Made by a program: the position numbers and the translations under genes | In this document: positions 30,503 to 42,810 of the stretch, piece by piece | Numbering within the stretch: the stretch's first letter is position 1 | Layout: every line of letters starts with the position of its first letter | Assembly (NCBI GenBank): GCA_012295275.1 | Contig: CM022679.1 | Coordinates: 19,530,001-19,594,000 of the forward strand | DNA length: 64,000 bases | Reading direction: 5' to 3' | Source of the DNA: Chrysomallon squamiferum | Lineage: Eukaryota; Animalia; Mollusca | The notes under the pieces: model-generated | Told to the model about the DNA's origin: nothing | The model's input: only the letters and a program-made list of their open reading frames with translations | Database searches by the model: none

Positions 30503-30949
30503 ATACATAGAAATATATATACAGAAAGTCACGATCAGAAACAAAAACAAAATTTCAAAAAAAGTAATAAAATAGCTTTTAATTTCTGAATTAATTAAAT
30601 AATTTTATCAATAATAGTACATTTTTAAAAGCTAAACTAAAATCAATGGCAACATAAAGTCAGGAAATACAGACAAAATTTCAAATGGATATCTTCCAAT
30701 TTCATCATCCTATTTATAACCCTCCAGTAGAGATTCAACCAGAAAACATTGGCAAAGTAATGTTTTACTTTGTTAGTTTCATCTTTAAATACTAAATGTT
30801 GTTTGTAAGAAAAGTTTAATATTTAATAAAATAGTAATTCATTTTCTGCAAAAGATTAGTTTTGTTCATACTATTAAGATTTTTTATTTTAAAATCAAAT
30901 GACTGTAAAATTCTGAAATTTTCATATTATGTAATACAGAAAACCTTAA

Positions 30950-30999
<50 letters not shown>

Positions 31000-31320
31000 A
31001 CACAATTTTTATTATTATTTCTTTTTTTACAGTGAATAAATAATTTTATACAAATTATACATCCAGGAAGCTTTGCAAACAGCATTATCGACATACTAAA
31101 TAAATAAATGTAAATAATTAACTTGTATTTAAAATACATTATAATATTAATTGTGATATCTGTTAATATTACTGATAACTAAATATAGTATTCTTACACA
31201 TATACAGATTATGTAGACAAACAAATAATATAGAAATGACTTACTGTATATTGCCTGTTTACTTGGACTGATGGAACATGTAACTAGCAGCACTAGCCAC
31301 ACTGTCTGAGACAAAGACAT
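72..31320 (-). CDS. Giant cadherin-superfamily protein with a protocadherin-15/Cad99C-like N-terminus and an expanded array of atypical EC repeats (automated pipelines might label it Fat-like). 5' part only; at least 22 EC repeats; continues beyond the window's left edge.
   Basis: 49 coding exons with matching phases and no stop, 5'->3': 31245-31320, 28771-28851, 28098-28276, 27338-27415, 26850-26942, 26522-26629, 26227-26355, 25753-25929, 24767-24878, 23130-23278, 22549-22761, 22201-22338, 21431-21589, 20712-20899, 20144-20270, 19649-19734, 19183-19270, 18857-19000, 18414-18493, 17893-18139, 17182-17397, 16603-16725, 15915-16064, 15285-15467, 14803-14946, 13780-13959, 13347-13478, 12931-13128, 12520-12651, 11956-12153, 11387-11527, 10919-11116, 10558-10713, 10083-10268, 9535-9669, 9030-9221, 8434-8559, 7707-7907, 7000-7131, 6416-6607, 5774-5902, 5028-5213, 4326-4463, 3712-3906, 2612-2740, 1808-1993, 1341-1484, 743-931, 72-206. 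Cadherin motifs include DLNDNAP, DVNDNRP, DINDNNP, LDRES, IDYE, LDYE, ATDxD and DGGxP. All introns are GT-AG except one GC-AG. No transmembrane segment or stop codon lies inside the window. Confidence 0.95.
2773..2845. repeat. (ACACA)n/(CA)n microsatellite
   Basis: Read directly from the sequence. Confidence 0.9.
2936..3419. mobile_element. Non-autonomous pogo/Tigger-like (Tc1-mariner superfamily) MITE in a cadherin intron
   Basis: TA-flanked imperfect TIRs: left CAGTGGAATCTCAGGTT, right (reverse complement) CAGTGAAACCTTGGGTT. No transposase ORF. Confidence 0.7.
4881..5020. repeat. Compound (AAT)n + (GT)n microsatellite next to a splice donor
   Basis: Read directly; explains the spurious poly-N, poly-I and HT ORFs. 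Confidence 0.9.
6230..6365. repeat. 18-bp AT-rich minisatellite (aaattacaataattattt), about 7 copies
   Basis: Tandem near-identical units in a cadherin intron. Confidence 0.8.
23626..24720. repeat. 30/31-bp minisatellite (GTATATACTGCTTACAGATGAGTGTGGGGT), about 35 copies, intronic
   Basis: Head-to-tail homogeneous units with no unique spacers; the source of the repetitive ORFs at 23740-24823. Confidence 0.97.
25105..25512. repeat. Diverged ~35-bp minisatellite (tacactatcaaatataacaaag...)
   Basis: The core recurs at 25132, 25169, 25204, 25239 and onward. Confidence 0.8.
27510..28090. repeat. 35-bp AT-rich minisatellite (ggtttataataattttcttatttacatctaatatt), about 16 copies
   Basis: Tandem units fill most of the intron between exons 28098-28276 and 27338-27415. 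Confidence 0.92.
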
Positions 31321-31355
31321 GGCTGTGTGGCAGTCTGTGTGTCTTAGTCAAACTT
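31245..31355 (-). CDS. First coding exon of the cadherin gene (signal peptide)
   Basis: Acceptor tttttctatctgtag, then ATG at 31320 giving MSLSQTVWLVLLVTCSISPSKQAIY (hydrophobic core). A phase-1 gtaagt donor joins in frame to exon 28771-28851 (NTCEKFTQEVATSQINTDEAN). Confidence 0.85.
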
Positions 31356-32859
31356 CTACAGATAGAAAAATTATAAATACTGAATATGACAAATACAAGA
31401 GTTTTGTGTGCATTTAAAGTCTTTTTTCTTAATGTATCTCACTGACACACACAAACACCCCATACACATGCATATATGACACACACACACACACACAAAT
31501 ATCATGGTCTTTAATAAATTACTTATGTTACACAGACTGGACATGAAATAGCCAAGGGGGAACACTGTGGATATTTGATCCAGAAGCCTATCTCACCTCA
31601 GTATTTCAGCTTCTTCCTGGATATATAAAAAAAAGATCTAAGAAAGCATTAAAAATGTGAAGGGATCTAAAAGGTTACTGAGTAATATAAAGCAGAAAAA
31701 CACACCTTTATGTGTGTTGCATCTGTGAGATTTGCATTAACACTCTATAGAATGGAATAAAAGAGATACAATAAAACCACACCTTTGTCCACAAAGAAAC
31801 AGTGATCAGCATTTAAAATAAATGTTCACTGTTGTAACAGTGTGTAACAGACTACAGAGCTGACCTCATGGTTTAATATATAATACTTTTACAGTGTTTA
31901 AAATAAAAGTTCTTTCCTTGATTTATCTATTTCATGTGTATCTATATATGTGTGTGCCTGAATGTATGTACATATGTAGGTAGGTAGATATGTATGTGTA
32001 TATATCTGAAAATATTATGTTTGTGTGTATGTATTAATTTTTATGGATATGATTTCTGAGTATAGGTACATAAGGGTTGAAAATAAATGTATGTATGTCA
32101 TCTAACCTGATTATTACCAAGTAACTGTCAAAAAACATAAATTAATACTTTTTGCAAAAAGCCCAAGAAAAAACATTTAAAATATTATAGCAGCATTTTC
32201 AGTGAAGCGTATACACATATTCTATTTTTTTTTTGTCATCGTTAATATGATACGTGTGTATTTAATGTTGTCTCTCATACAGTTTAGTGAGAAGAATTTA
32301 CAACTACTTAAATAATATTTTTTATGAGTGATCTGCATCTGTGTTGAACATTTGGGTATGTGCGTCTGTAGTTATGTGTGTATGTGATTGTATGATAATG
32401 TTTAACTGACTCAGTGACTGTCTCTCACTGTAAGTATCTATGGAAGTGCACAATACATAAATATATAAGTATAAAATATAAATTGATTGAAACATATTTT
32501 TACAGATATAAACTTATTTTCATTATATTTGATTTTATACTAGATATATCATAATACTCTTGAGTGAAAGGGAAATGCAAACTAATGTGTCAGAAAAGCA
32601 AACTTTGACAGAAACTGTACCAAAGGTATTTTTCACATTTTAGTGAAAGCCAGATAGATTCCAAGTGTAAAAACAAAATAAATAAATAATTTGAAAATCA
32701 TAAATTTTTTTAAAATGTAATATATTTATTTTCACCTATCTCATATATTCACTGCCATATAATAACAGTTTTGTTTACTGTTAAAAAAATAAAAAAATAT
32801 ATAAATAAACAATAATAAGTATTCATAATAAATATATTTTACTTGTTATTGAAAAGTTC

Positions 32860-33500
32860 GCTTTACACAAAATTCGAGGTCATGTCATCTGCATATCTCG
32901 AACAATTCTGGCGATGAAATAAAAACAACAAATAAAATATTAAAAATAAAACGATTATAAACATACCTCCTTTGCGCCGTGTTAGTTCAGATCAACTGCA
33001 TTAAATCCAATAAATGATACTGGTTTCTTGGTAAGAAGAAAAATCACTTGCAATGTCAAACCGGCACCACGCCTTTTGATACAGGTTCTGATTTGTCGCT
33101 GGATATACCCTCCTATACCAACAATAGCTGGTAGTGCCCGTTATTTTGAATAGCTTTCAATGGTCCGGTATTATTTTGCTCAAATCGCCAATATGGTTGG
33201 GTAACACCTCCATCTTTGCAAAAAGCGCCATGCAGACGCTAAGAATAACAGCCAATAAAACAGCAACGAGAGCGAAAATGTAATACATAGTATGTGTTAG
33301 TCAGAGTTGTTATGAATGTCGAATTCATTCATAATGTAATGTGACAAAAATCGAAAACATCGTCACGGATAGTAATATGTGACTACTTTCTGGCATCTCT
33401 AGTTAGTTATTTATAGCGAAACTTTGAATTAATATATATAACTATAAAATAAATTCAAACATTTGTCGAACTGAAACTTTTTATTTCTGCAGTTTAAATA
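32860..33500 (-). promoter_or_regulatory. Probable promoter and non-coding first exon of the cadherin gene
   Basis: Local CpG enrichment compared with the CpG-poor gene body. A minus-strand donor GAG|gtatgt at 32967/32966 could splice to the acceptor at 31355. CCAAT motifs lie near 33188 and 33252. The transcription start cannot be fixed. Confidence 0.5.
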
Positions 33501-33515
33501 GCCTATTCGAAAAAC

Positions 33516-33556
<41 letters not shown>

Positions 33557-34298
33557 CAATGAATAAATAAATTTAAAATTAAATTCTTGCTAGATATGGT
33601 TAAAAACATTCATGTTAAATACCCGGTAAAAAAAAAATAATTTTCTTAAAAGTCAAAAAAAAAACAACATTTATTTATTTATTTATATAAAAGAGCAAAA
33701 CTGAAAAAATTTTCGTGACAAATATTTGTATCCAGTTTCAGTCTAATTATGTAAAAACAACAACAGTAAATAACAATAAACGACATATATATATTAGTAA
33801 ATTTTAAATAATTGATCGGATATAATTACTTTTATAGATTTGATTTTAAAAATGAAATGATAACAAATAAATAAATAAAATTAAAAAGTTAAACACTATC
33901 GGTCGGCAACAAAAAAATAAAAGAAAAAACAAACAAGCAAAAAATTAAAAAGCAGGAAGATAAAAAAGAATGAAAGAGGGGAAAAAGGGAATCTAAGAAA
34001 GAAAAAGAAAAAAGCTTGCGATTATTATGCCCTATATAATTCTGTTTGTAAAAATAAATCACAATGTCGGAGAGAGACCTGTGTAAACAACTACCCACTT
34101 TCTACTGTGTGCAGAAATGTTCCGATGTTCTCAAATATAAATAACTGTATCAAAAATGCATATGAAAATGATAATCAGAATATAAACTTAAAAATTATTA
34201 AATTTACTACTTATCTTCGATATGTTAAAAGTAGAGAGACACTAACTTTCGTAAAATCTAGGATTGCATATATCTTTTTAAATGTACAAAGATTTTAC

Positions 34299-34329
<31 letters not shown>

Positions 34330-36161
34330 CGACCTATATATTCTACATAACATTGTTTTTATTAAGCGTATAGTTAAATATAAAACCATCTAAAACTTCT
34401 CATTTTACGAAGAATAGCTGGTATTGTTATTCCTTTGTTACCCTTATTTATAAACTAGTGATAGTCTGAGTTTAAAATAAATGATGTAAGCTGGCTGATC
34501 CCATACTAAAGTCGTTGTTACATGCAAACAAGCCAACGTTAATAACCTGTAAGAAATATTTCCTCTTTATTTTCAGTTACAATAATAAGAACCTTTAACT
34601 AAAGCACTGATATTCATAGTGCTTCTGGTAGTGTGTCATTATTCTGGTGTTTTGTAATAAAAGATAGCAAGGGTAGTGCATAATAGTAAAATTCATACAG
34701 TCTCGATGTGATTATCTTGTAGAATTAATGCATTCAAACCATTATCACCTGTGGTAGAGTCAGGTTAGAAATATGTTGGTGCTATGGCTGATATAGTTGC
34801 AGTTTTTGCTGCTGTACCTCAGTCTTCATTCCTAACCACAATCTTCAGCTTAATGCAATTATAATACCAAACTATTGTCAAACTTTTGCTTTAAGATTGG
34901 AAAAGAAAGATGCACAAAAACAATTAAAATTCAGAACATTAGTAAGCTTTATAGTTATTACACAATTTTGGAGCATTATTGTATTGTGTAGGTTACTAAG
35001 TATAATTATTTAGAATAGTTGTAGTGTAAATTCACAACATTATTAATAAATAATAATATCCCAAGTCACACAAACACACACACAAACAAATATGTGTACA
35101 ATAATTAAATTATGAAAAACAGTTCAAGAAGAATGATTCTGATCTACATAATAGTCTGGCAGACAAAGACCATAATTGTGTTTAACCTTATTTTGGAGTC
35201 TAAAGGGTTTTTCAGTGTAGAAAATTGATGTTTAGGGCATATATTTTGAGAAACTGCCAGGTGACATCTTCTCATCCTTGAGCAGTTTGTGGTAGGAGGC
35301 CAAATCCAAGATGGCCATCAGCAAATCTATTTTCCTCATATCTTCATAACTAGACTGGATAGAAGCATGAACAAAAGATTGTTTTAATGTTTTCAGGCAT
35401 GAATAATTTAATGCAGCTATGACTTGTTGTTGTTGCAATAAAACAAAAAGAACTAAAGATGGCAACACAAAAGGATGAAGATATGGCTGTTTTAAGTCTG
35501 TGTTGGTCTTTTAATAAAGGCTAATAAGGTATAGGCTACTAACAATAGGTAAATAAAAATAATTAATTATTGAATTGTGCAAACAACAGTCTACAATTAT
35601 AATTATGACATCAAATTATTGTCAGAATTCTACTCTAAAACGAATGCATAAAAGAAGTCTGAAAATATTTTGGTGTCCTTTTTCTACAATGGTGTACTTT
35701 CTTAAAAACTGTACTGCCTCAACAGTTACATTTTAATCATTTAATTCCATTCTAATTTTAAAACATAAAAGTTACAAATTTATATGTATTTTCTATATAC
35801 TTATTATTGTTGTTGTTGTTGTTGTTGTTATTCTTCTTCTTCTTCTTCTTATTATTATTATTAAGAAAATGTAATATTTCTCTGATGTGTAGATTATTAT
35901 ATTTATTTATTTATAAAATAATAAGCGACACCGAGTGTTTTGTGAAATGATGGGCATTGTAACCTCTGATTCTGCCTAAATCACAACTGTGTCGGAAAGT
36001 TCATAATCGGATTTTAATTTTTTGAAATTGGCATCTAAGTTTTTTAAATGAAATTTGTTATTTATGTATATATTCCAATTTATTTTATTTTGATGAACCA
36101 TCAATGTAATCTGTTATGACATGTATTTTTTGTCCATGTCCATATTTGTCACATTTAAATG

Positions 36162-36830
36162 TCAGAATAAAGGTATTTGTTGGTACTTGTGACTAGATCT
36201 TCGCAAAATTCTTCCTAATATCTTCAAGATCCCTAACCAAATCACTCCTTTTGATTCGGTGTTGTGTGTGGACCAACTATAATAAATTTGCCATTTAAGT
36301 AAATTTTTGGAATGATTCTCTGTTGAGCATTCTACCACCAATGAATCATTCCTTGGTTTCTTAGCATTTTTAGGCTCACTGGCCAAGCCTTGGAGCCCCT
36401 TCTGTATCATAAAAGGTGATAGTTTTTTCAAGGCTTCATCATCAGCAGACACAATGAGAAACGTCAGCCAGGTTTTAGAAGAAATACATTTTGATTTCTT
36501 CACAATATTTGAACTCTCTTCATCAGAAAATGATGATCCAATAACCACAGTGTGGACTCTTTTCAGTGTTCCATCGGAACTTGAGTCATAACTGAGTAAT
36601 TTAAGTTCATCAACCATGACCCCACCAGACACCGAGTCCAAAAAGAGGAACCACCCCGAAGAGCAATTATATAGATCTTCAGTATACCCATCCTTTTCCA
36701 CAACTGACAAATTTTCATCACATTTATGTCCATGGTCAAAAATGTATTTATGTTGATTTTTATCTATCAAAAGCTGAGTAACGTTGTCTTCTTCCAGCCC
36801 TAAGTTCAAATCATGCTGTAGAGGACGCTG
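36162..36830 (-). mobile_element. Decayed non-LTR retrotransposon ORF1 (gag-like nucleic-acid-binding protein, I/Jockey-group type) with 5' flank
   Basis: FLIVSADDEALKKLSPFMIQKGLQGLASEPKNAKKPRNDSLVVECSTENHSKNLLK...SKGVI matches the recalled KLSPF.I.KG.....PK.....R...L.VE / SRGVI pattern of LINE ORF1 proteins. It is truncated before any zinc knuckle, and no reverse transcriptase is visible. Confidence 0.75.
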
Positions 36831-37959
36831 ATCACCTGCCTGATAAATTCCTTCACACTGGTGCCCATCTATTCCCCAGTGACAATGGAAATGAATTCAC
36901 AGCAGAACTAAAATTGTGTGACTCAGGCTGGTTATCATCCATGATTTGAGTTTACATAAAGTGTTACATTAAGATTCAAGTGGTGTGGTATTACAGATAG
37001 CACTTTAGTCATTTTATATAATGCCTGGTCATGATTTTCAGTTATTTTGTTAAGTGGCTGGAATTTTCAACTATTTTGTTTATTTCGTGGTTGTGTCTGA
37101 CTCATTTGTTTGAGTATTTGCATAATGACTGATTTCAAAGATTGATCGTAATATACATACAATCAAATCATACTCAAGATAAAAAAATAAAATGGGTTAA
37201 CTAATATTCAATGACATCCGAGGGGCTTTTGTTTTTTAATTTTTAATTATTAGTATTATATATATATATTTTTTTAATTTATTATTATTATTTTTTGTTT
37301 ATTCAAACAACGGTATGTAAAATTAAAAAGAATTCAAAAATTGCAAAAAATAGATTTTAATGCATTAAGTACATCGAATGATAAAAGTGGAAAAAGACAA
37401 AAACCTGTTATAGCCAAAGATAAAATATATTTCAAAACTAAATAAAGAGTAATAATTGGCCAAAGAAACTTGTTCTCAACTCCTTTACAAAAATGTTAAT
37501 ATTTATGATATTTTGCAGAATTTTTGTATTCCTGGCAAAGTGGGGAAATGTCAGTGAAAGAGGGCGAGATCCAACATCACAACATGAGGAACTCTGCTGC
37601 CACTGGCAGGGAAATATCGGCAATGAAGACGTGACTCCATATATAATTCAAATCAGCCTGTGATTAAGAATAGCACTGCCTTTGGTGGGGAAATATTGGC
37701 AGATGAAGACATGTCTCCATGTGCAGGTGATGTCAGCCCAGTTACTGTAGGATGGAAGAGGATGAGTCACCCTTTTCTAGGTGTTGTCTGCCAGATGGAA
37801 AAGTTCTGCTTTCTTTGTTGAGAATAAGTCATTTTGTCTCTTTGTTTCTACAAAAATTCAATTATGTATTTGTGTTACATTTTGCAATTTTAAAATACCA
37901 CTTTGTTTGTTTTTTCAATGAAATGAGTAATTCAAAATTTCATTACATAAAATGAATTA

Positions 37960-38561
37960 TGGTCAAACCTCTTTATAACATCCCCTGGTTTGATGCTATC
38001 CCTGTTTTCTGTCCTGACAATGATTGACCACCAGTTTTCTGAATACGTAAATTTACTGATGTAAACACGTAAATTTACTGATAAACCACCATCAATTTGC
38101 AAACTGTTTCATGATAAAAACATTATTTTGCTATCTAATTGTTTCAGAGTTTTTTAAATACAAGCAAGTATAACATAACTCAACCAGTACATGATAAAAA
38201 CTGGTTATGAAGGTTTACCAATCTGAAGACATTGAACTTAAACATGTTGTTAGTGAATGGAGCACGTTACTACAGTATTTTGTAAAACATGCAATCTGGT
38301 ACTGATTCCTTGATATTAAGAATGACAATATCAGCAATGTAAATGGTTCAATGATTTGTTTTTTCTGACTTGCCAGCTTATCTAAATATAACTCAGCCTT
38401 TTTTTATGTTATTTTCTAAGAGAAGTGGACAAAGCACTGTACATTTTTGGGTCAGTATTGAAATAATTCATAACCTCAGAAAATTTATTGTACCACCCAA
38501 AGTCACTTTAATGCCAAAACAATATTAACACCAATGTTTGTGTTTTAAAGAGGTTTGACAA
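37960..38561. mobile_element. Non-autonomous pogo/Tigger-like MITE
   Basis: 21-bp TIRs, TGGTCAAACCTCTTTATAACA (37960-37980) versus reverse complement TTGTCAAACCTCTTTAAAACA (38541-38561), matching at 19/21 with TA on both flanks. An internal segment recurs at about 40855-40950. Confidence 0.8.
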
Positions 38562-38705
38562 TACTGTTTAAAACAAATACAAATAAATAAAACAGGCTTT
38601 ATAATAGAAATAATTTCACTTTAACTAGACTGCTACCTCAAAAATAAACTTGACTTTAAACAAAATGTTTAGTTTTATGCTGTACAGTAAACAATTTCAC
38701 CTGAA

Positions 38706-41440
38706 CTAAACGTAAGGGTTTCTCATGAAACCCCTACTTGACAGCGTTTTGGTTCTTCTCGACCGACGATACTTGTAAGTGTCATTGAGTGTTTCGGGAG
38801 GCGGTGGTGTTGGTGTGTGCAATCGTTTTTGCTAAAATGTTTAACAATTGATTATTTTACTAATGTTTGCTGTTATAGCATTTCTTTACAGTGGTAATAC
38901 AGCATGAACATGAGAGAAAAAACAACAAACCTATTTGCATACTGTCTTATTCTTACTGAACTATTTGCATATTTTACATATTTGAGAAACAAAATCAAAG
39001 TTGACAAAACATTTATTTTATTTATAGGATGATTACATTATTTAACATAAATTTGCTATTAATGAAATGACATACTCCCTTTCTGACAATATAATAAATT
39101 AAAAAAATGATAGCTGTACCTTTCTTTTTCTTTGTGTTCTCTCTGAAAATAAAATAAATTACAAAACATTTCTTTAATGAGTTTCTGCTAACAGTGCAGT
39201 CTACCTTATCTAACAGAGATCTACAATAAAAGGCAGTCTAACAAAACAAGCAATGTTTGGTTTCTCCTGAGTAAACCACATAATGGAAACCTAACAAAAC
39301 CAGAATCTGTCTATTCTGAAAACTGGATTTTCTTTCTTTCGTTTCTTTTCTTGTTTTAGATTTATATCATCTGATAATAATTCTCATTTTTCAAACTATT
39401 CTGAACCATTAGTTTTTCTTAAAATAAAATATGTAATAATACCAAAATAATATTTACTTTCACTGCTTTTTTTCGTGTCCTTTAATGTGTCTTCTGAAAA
39501 TACAGAATGTTATATTTAATGTTTATGATTAATACTGTAAAGTTAGATTCAAAGGAAAATTTATATTAAAACTGTTATTATTATTTGGAAAGATAAATTC
39601 AATTAAGGAGATTTTCTTTCAATTTTTCAATTATTTGTCATTTTTGTCCTAGAAGAAAACAAAAATTATCATATAAAGTATCACAGATCTTATTTAGCAA
39701 GATGACCATGCAAAGAATTACTTGAATGAGTTTCTAAAAATATAATATTGATTTGTCTTTTAAGATAATTCACAAGGAAATAATTTTAGAGGTAATACAG
39801 TCTGATAAAGGCTGGTGCCTGTATTAAACCTAGCATTATCATTACCATCATGATCATTATTTTTGTTATTGTTGTTGTTGACTTTTAAAGTGATTTATAC
39901 TGTGTATACTGAAGTTAACCAAATCATCAAACTTTATACTTTAAAGTTGGTAATACTCTGTAACTGACCATTACACTGACATTAATTTATAAAAACTAGG
40001 CTTTTTATTCAGTTAAATTATTTTGTTTGGCCTGAAAACAAATATATGATATCAACTGACAGTGTGTTGTTTTCAATTTATAAAAACTGTAGGACTTTTT
40101 ACTTAATAAACAAATATATGATATAAACTGACATTTCTTTATAAAAATTAGGCTTTGTAGTACCAGAACAAAATTTCAGATTTTTTTTTTTTAAAAATCA
40201 ACTCTTTAAAATGAATTCATAAAACTTAATTAAAAATATATATTTACTTTTTTGGGGACGACCTCGTTTAGGTTGTTCTGAAAAACAGTAATGTTAAAAT
40301 TAATATAAATGAAATATATTATTATTAATTTTCATCCTAATTATCATATCACTGGGAAATTTCTTACGCTAAGATGTCTGTCAAGTCTAATACTAATAGG
40401 AATAGGAATAAGCATAAACATAATAAGTATAATAATAATAATAATAAATCATCCACACTTGTCAATTCGGAAAATATAAATGAAATGAGGATCAAATATT
40501 AAAAGTTTCTAAAACATTTATTTATATGGAAGTTTGAACTTTAATTTGACTGAAATCTAAGTTGATCAGACAAACATTTCCTGTTATTTTGTTCAGGCAT
40601 ATTATGTTCTATATATATATATATATATATATATAGTTACAGTAAGAAAAAAGTCAGTTTTATTACATGTGTAGATGTAACAAGCACTAAAAATAATTTA
40701 CATAGTGAAATGCACAATTATGAATTAAAAAAGAACATGAACCAAAAATCATGACACAGCAATACAAATTGCCAACTGAAAAACAAAATATGAAATATTT
40801 GCTAAGGTAGAATGGCAAAGTATATTTTTTGAGAATATAGCAGGCTGTTCACATGCAATCAGTACATGATAAAACTGGCTGTGAAGGTTTATTACCAAAC
40901 TGAAAACAGCAAGGGAGTCATCTGGCACACTTAAACATGTTGTTACTGAATGACAAATGGTCAGAAGAAAACATATGACCACAGGCCTTGAAATTTAACT
41001 TCAAATACTTGCTCCTATAAATAAAGGATTCAGATCTGGTTAAATGCCACAAGGCCATTTACATCCAGTTTTTATTTAACAGTTTACCTACAACAAACTC
41101 TTATTTTTTTATTCTGCTTTTATGGAGTTTCAGTGTTGTCACTTAAGCAGTGGGGTATCTGAGAGGTTTTGCCCTAATCCTCAACTTGGTAACTGTCTAA
41201 AAACTACCCGAACCGATACTTCTTTATAAGAAATCAACTGATATTTTAAGATATTTAAATTTTTTTTTGAAAACAATATATAAATTTCTTTTCTTTTTTT
41301 TATCATTTATTTTTGACAGAGAAAGAAATGATAAAAAAAAAAAAGACAGTCTTCTTTAAAAACCTTTAATGAAGTATAATAATCAAAAATAATTTACTCA
41401 CCCTTTCTTGGTCTTCCCCTTTTTCTGCCACTACGATTTT
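38706..41440 (-). CDS. Micro-exon gene encoding a small basic protein with two AT-hook motifs (HMGA-like hooks); 5' end unresolved
   Basis: Exons: 41402-41440 (39 nt, xNRSGRKRGRPRK), 40248-40277 (30 nt, EQPKRGRPQK), 39458-39493 (36 nt, KDTLKDTKKSSE), 39120-39142 (23 nt, KRTQRKRK) and 38706-38831 (QKRLHTPTPPPPETLNDTYKYRRSRRTKTLSSRGFMRNPYV*). Each has a ttttcag or ttttag acceptor, the four internal exons have GT donors, and intron phases 1,1,1,0 chain without a stop. Confidence 0.78.
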
Positions 41441-42150
41441 CTGAAAATCAGTAAATAAGTGATGTTAATATTAAATATATAATCTGAAATGGTCTGCTAA
41501 TTACCATACTTACTGGGGACTGACTTATGCTGCAGTTTAACTGGGTTTCACTGTTTCAAGTGTTTTCTGTTATGTTCGACGTTTGTAGAAATGACACTGG
41601 TTTCCCAACAAAAACAAAAATAGCACTTTTGTCACTATCAGCATCTATTCAACATCGATTTCAGTACCCGTGGTTTGTATTTACATACCTCCTGTTTCTG
41701 TCAACCATATCTCTGTGTGTGTGACAGATAGTGTAGTATTTTATATAACATAGTATATTATTAAAATGAAAATTCATTACAGTTTTGACCATCGCAAGTT
41801 CCCGAAAGCATCCACAGATTAAGTGAAAACTTTAAACGCTTTTGAATATAAAATTATTACTGAAATCCTTCAGTAACCATAATACGATGTTTTCCGATAA
41901 TGTTAATTTTCTTTCCGAAAGAGGTAATAAACATTCAGATGTTTGAAATAAAAAACTTACAAAATGAAATCGTTGCAAAAATAAAACGTGGATCCGAATG
42001 GTTCGTAAGCATGCATTTTCTTGTCATTTTATTTTTCGACTATCTAATGACAGTGATTATGTGCGACAGAGGTTGGTAAAATATTAGATGCTGACAACAA
42101 GAACGAACACTGCACAGATGAGAATGCAAGAGGCTTTCAAAACGTAACAT

Positions 42151-42206
<56 letters not shown>

Positions 42207-42599
42207 ATCTAAATATTTCCCCTACTTTGTAAATAAAATAAGTTATAATAAGTGATATTTTAGATATATGAATATTTAAATAAATAAATATAACTTTATA
42301 GAACATTTAACCTAACATTTGAATACATTTTTTCACAACTTTCTAGAATTAAAGAAATATAAAATGAAATGTAAAATTTATTGATATCGTTAAAAACTAA
42401 ATAGTTTGTGAATTATTAGGGCATACACTTAAATATCAATAGGTTTGATTACGGCATGATGATTTTAAGTTCTAAATTAAATTACTGTTTGTTTGGTTTT
42501 TGTTTTGTTTTTTATTAATTCCTTTTGTTTGGATAAATTATTTACTTCCCAGTCTTATTTCTTTAGTGTTTTTGTTTCCATTTTCTTTTCTGATCAAAT

Positions 42600-42810
42600 T
42601 ATATATTCCAACTAAACGCTTACTCGTGGGAGCCATATCTGATTGTTAAAACAATTGATCAGTTGTCTAACCATGACAACAGCGTTTCGATTGGTTTAAA
42701 CTAATGACGTTGACATGAACCACATCGCGCATTGTCGTCAAACTACGTAAAACACATCTTTCAGCGTAAAGCGATTTTAAAAGCGTTAACTCAGCTTCTT
42801 TCACGCTTCA
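42600..42810. promoter_or_regulatory. CpG-rich promoter-like patch, a candidate promoter for the AT-hook gene
   Basis: Dense CpG, an ATTGG (CCAAT box) near 42690 and TGACGT / CGTCA CRE-like half-sites, about 1.2 kb upstream of the first confident AT-hook exon. Confidence 0.35.

Noticed and set aside
35225-35470. 78-aa ORF with a signal-peptide-like start
   Set aside because: Non-ATG start and no splice support; it overlaps an aatccaagatggcc motif typical of decayed non-autonomous repeats
37520-37830. GC-richer patch with an internal imperfect repeat (gggaaatat.ggca..tgaagac)
   Set aside because: No sustained ORF, termini or RNA structure that I can support
41514-41596. A possible upstream exon of the AT-hook gene that would link MVDRNR to the first hook through an in-frame TGA (selenocysteine or readthrough)
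   Set aside because: No SECIS evidence, weak acceptors, and shorter alternative exons avoid the TGA. It cannot be resolved without transcripts.
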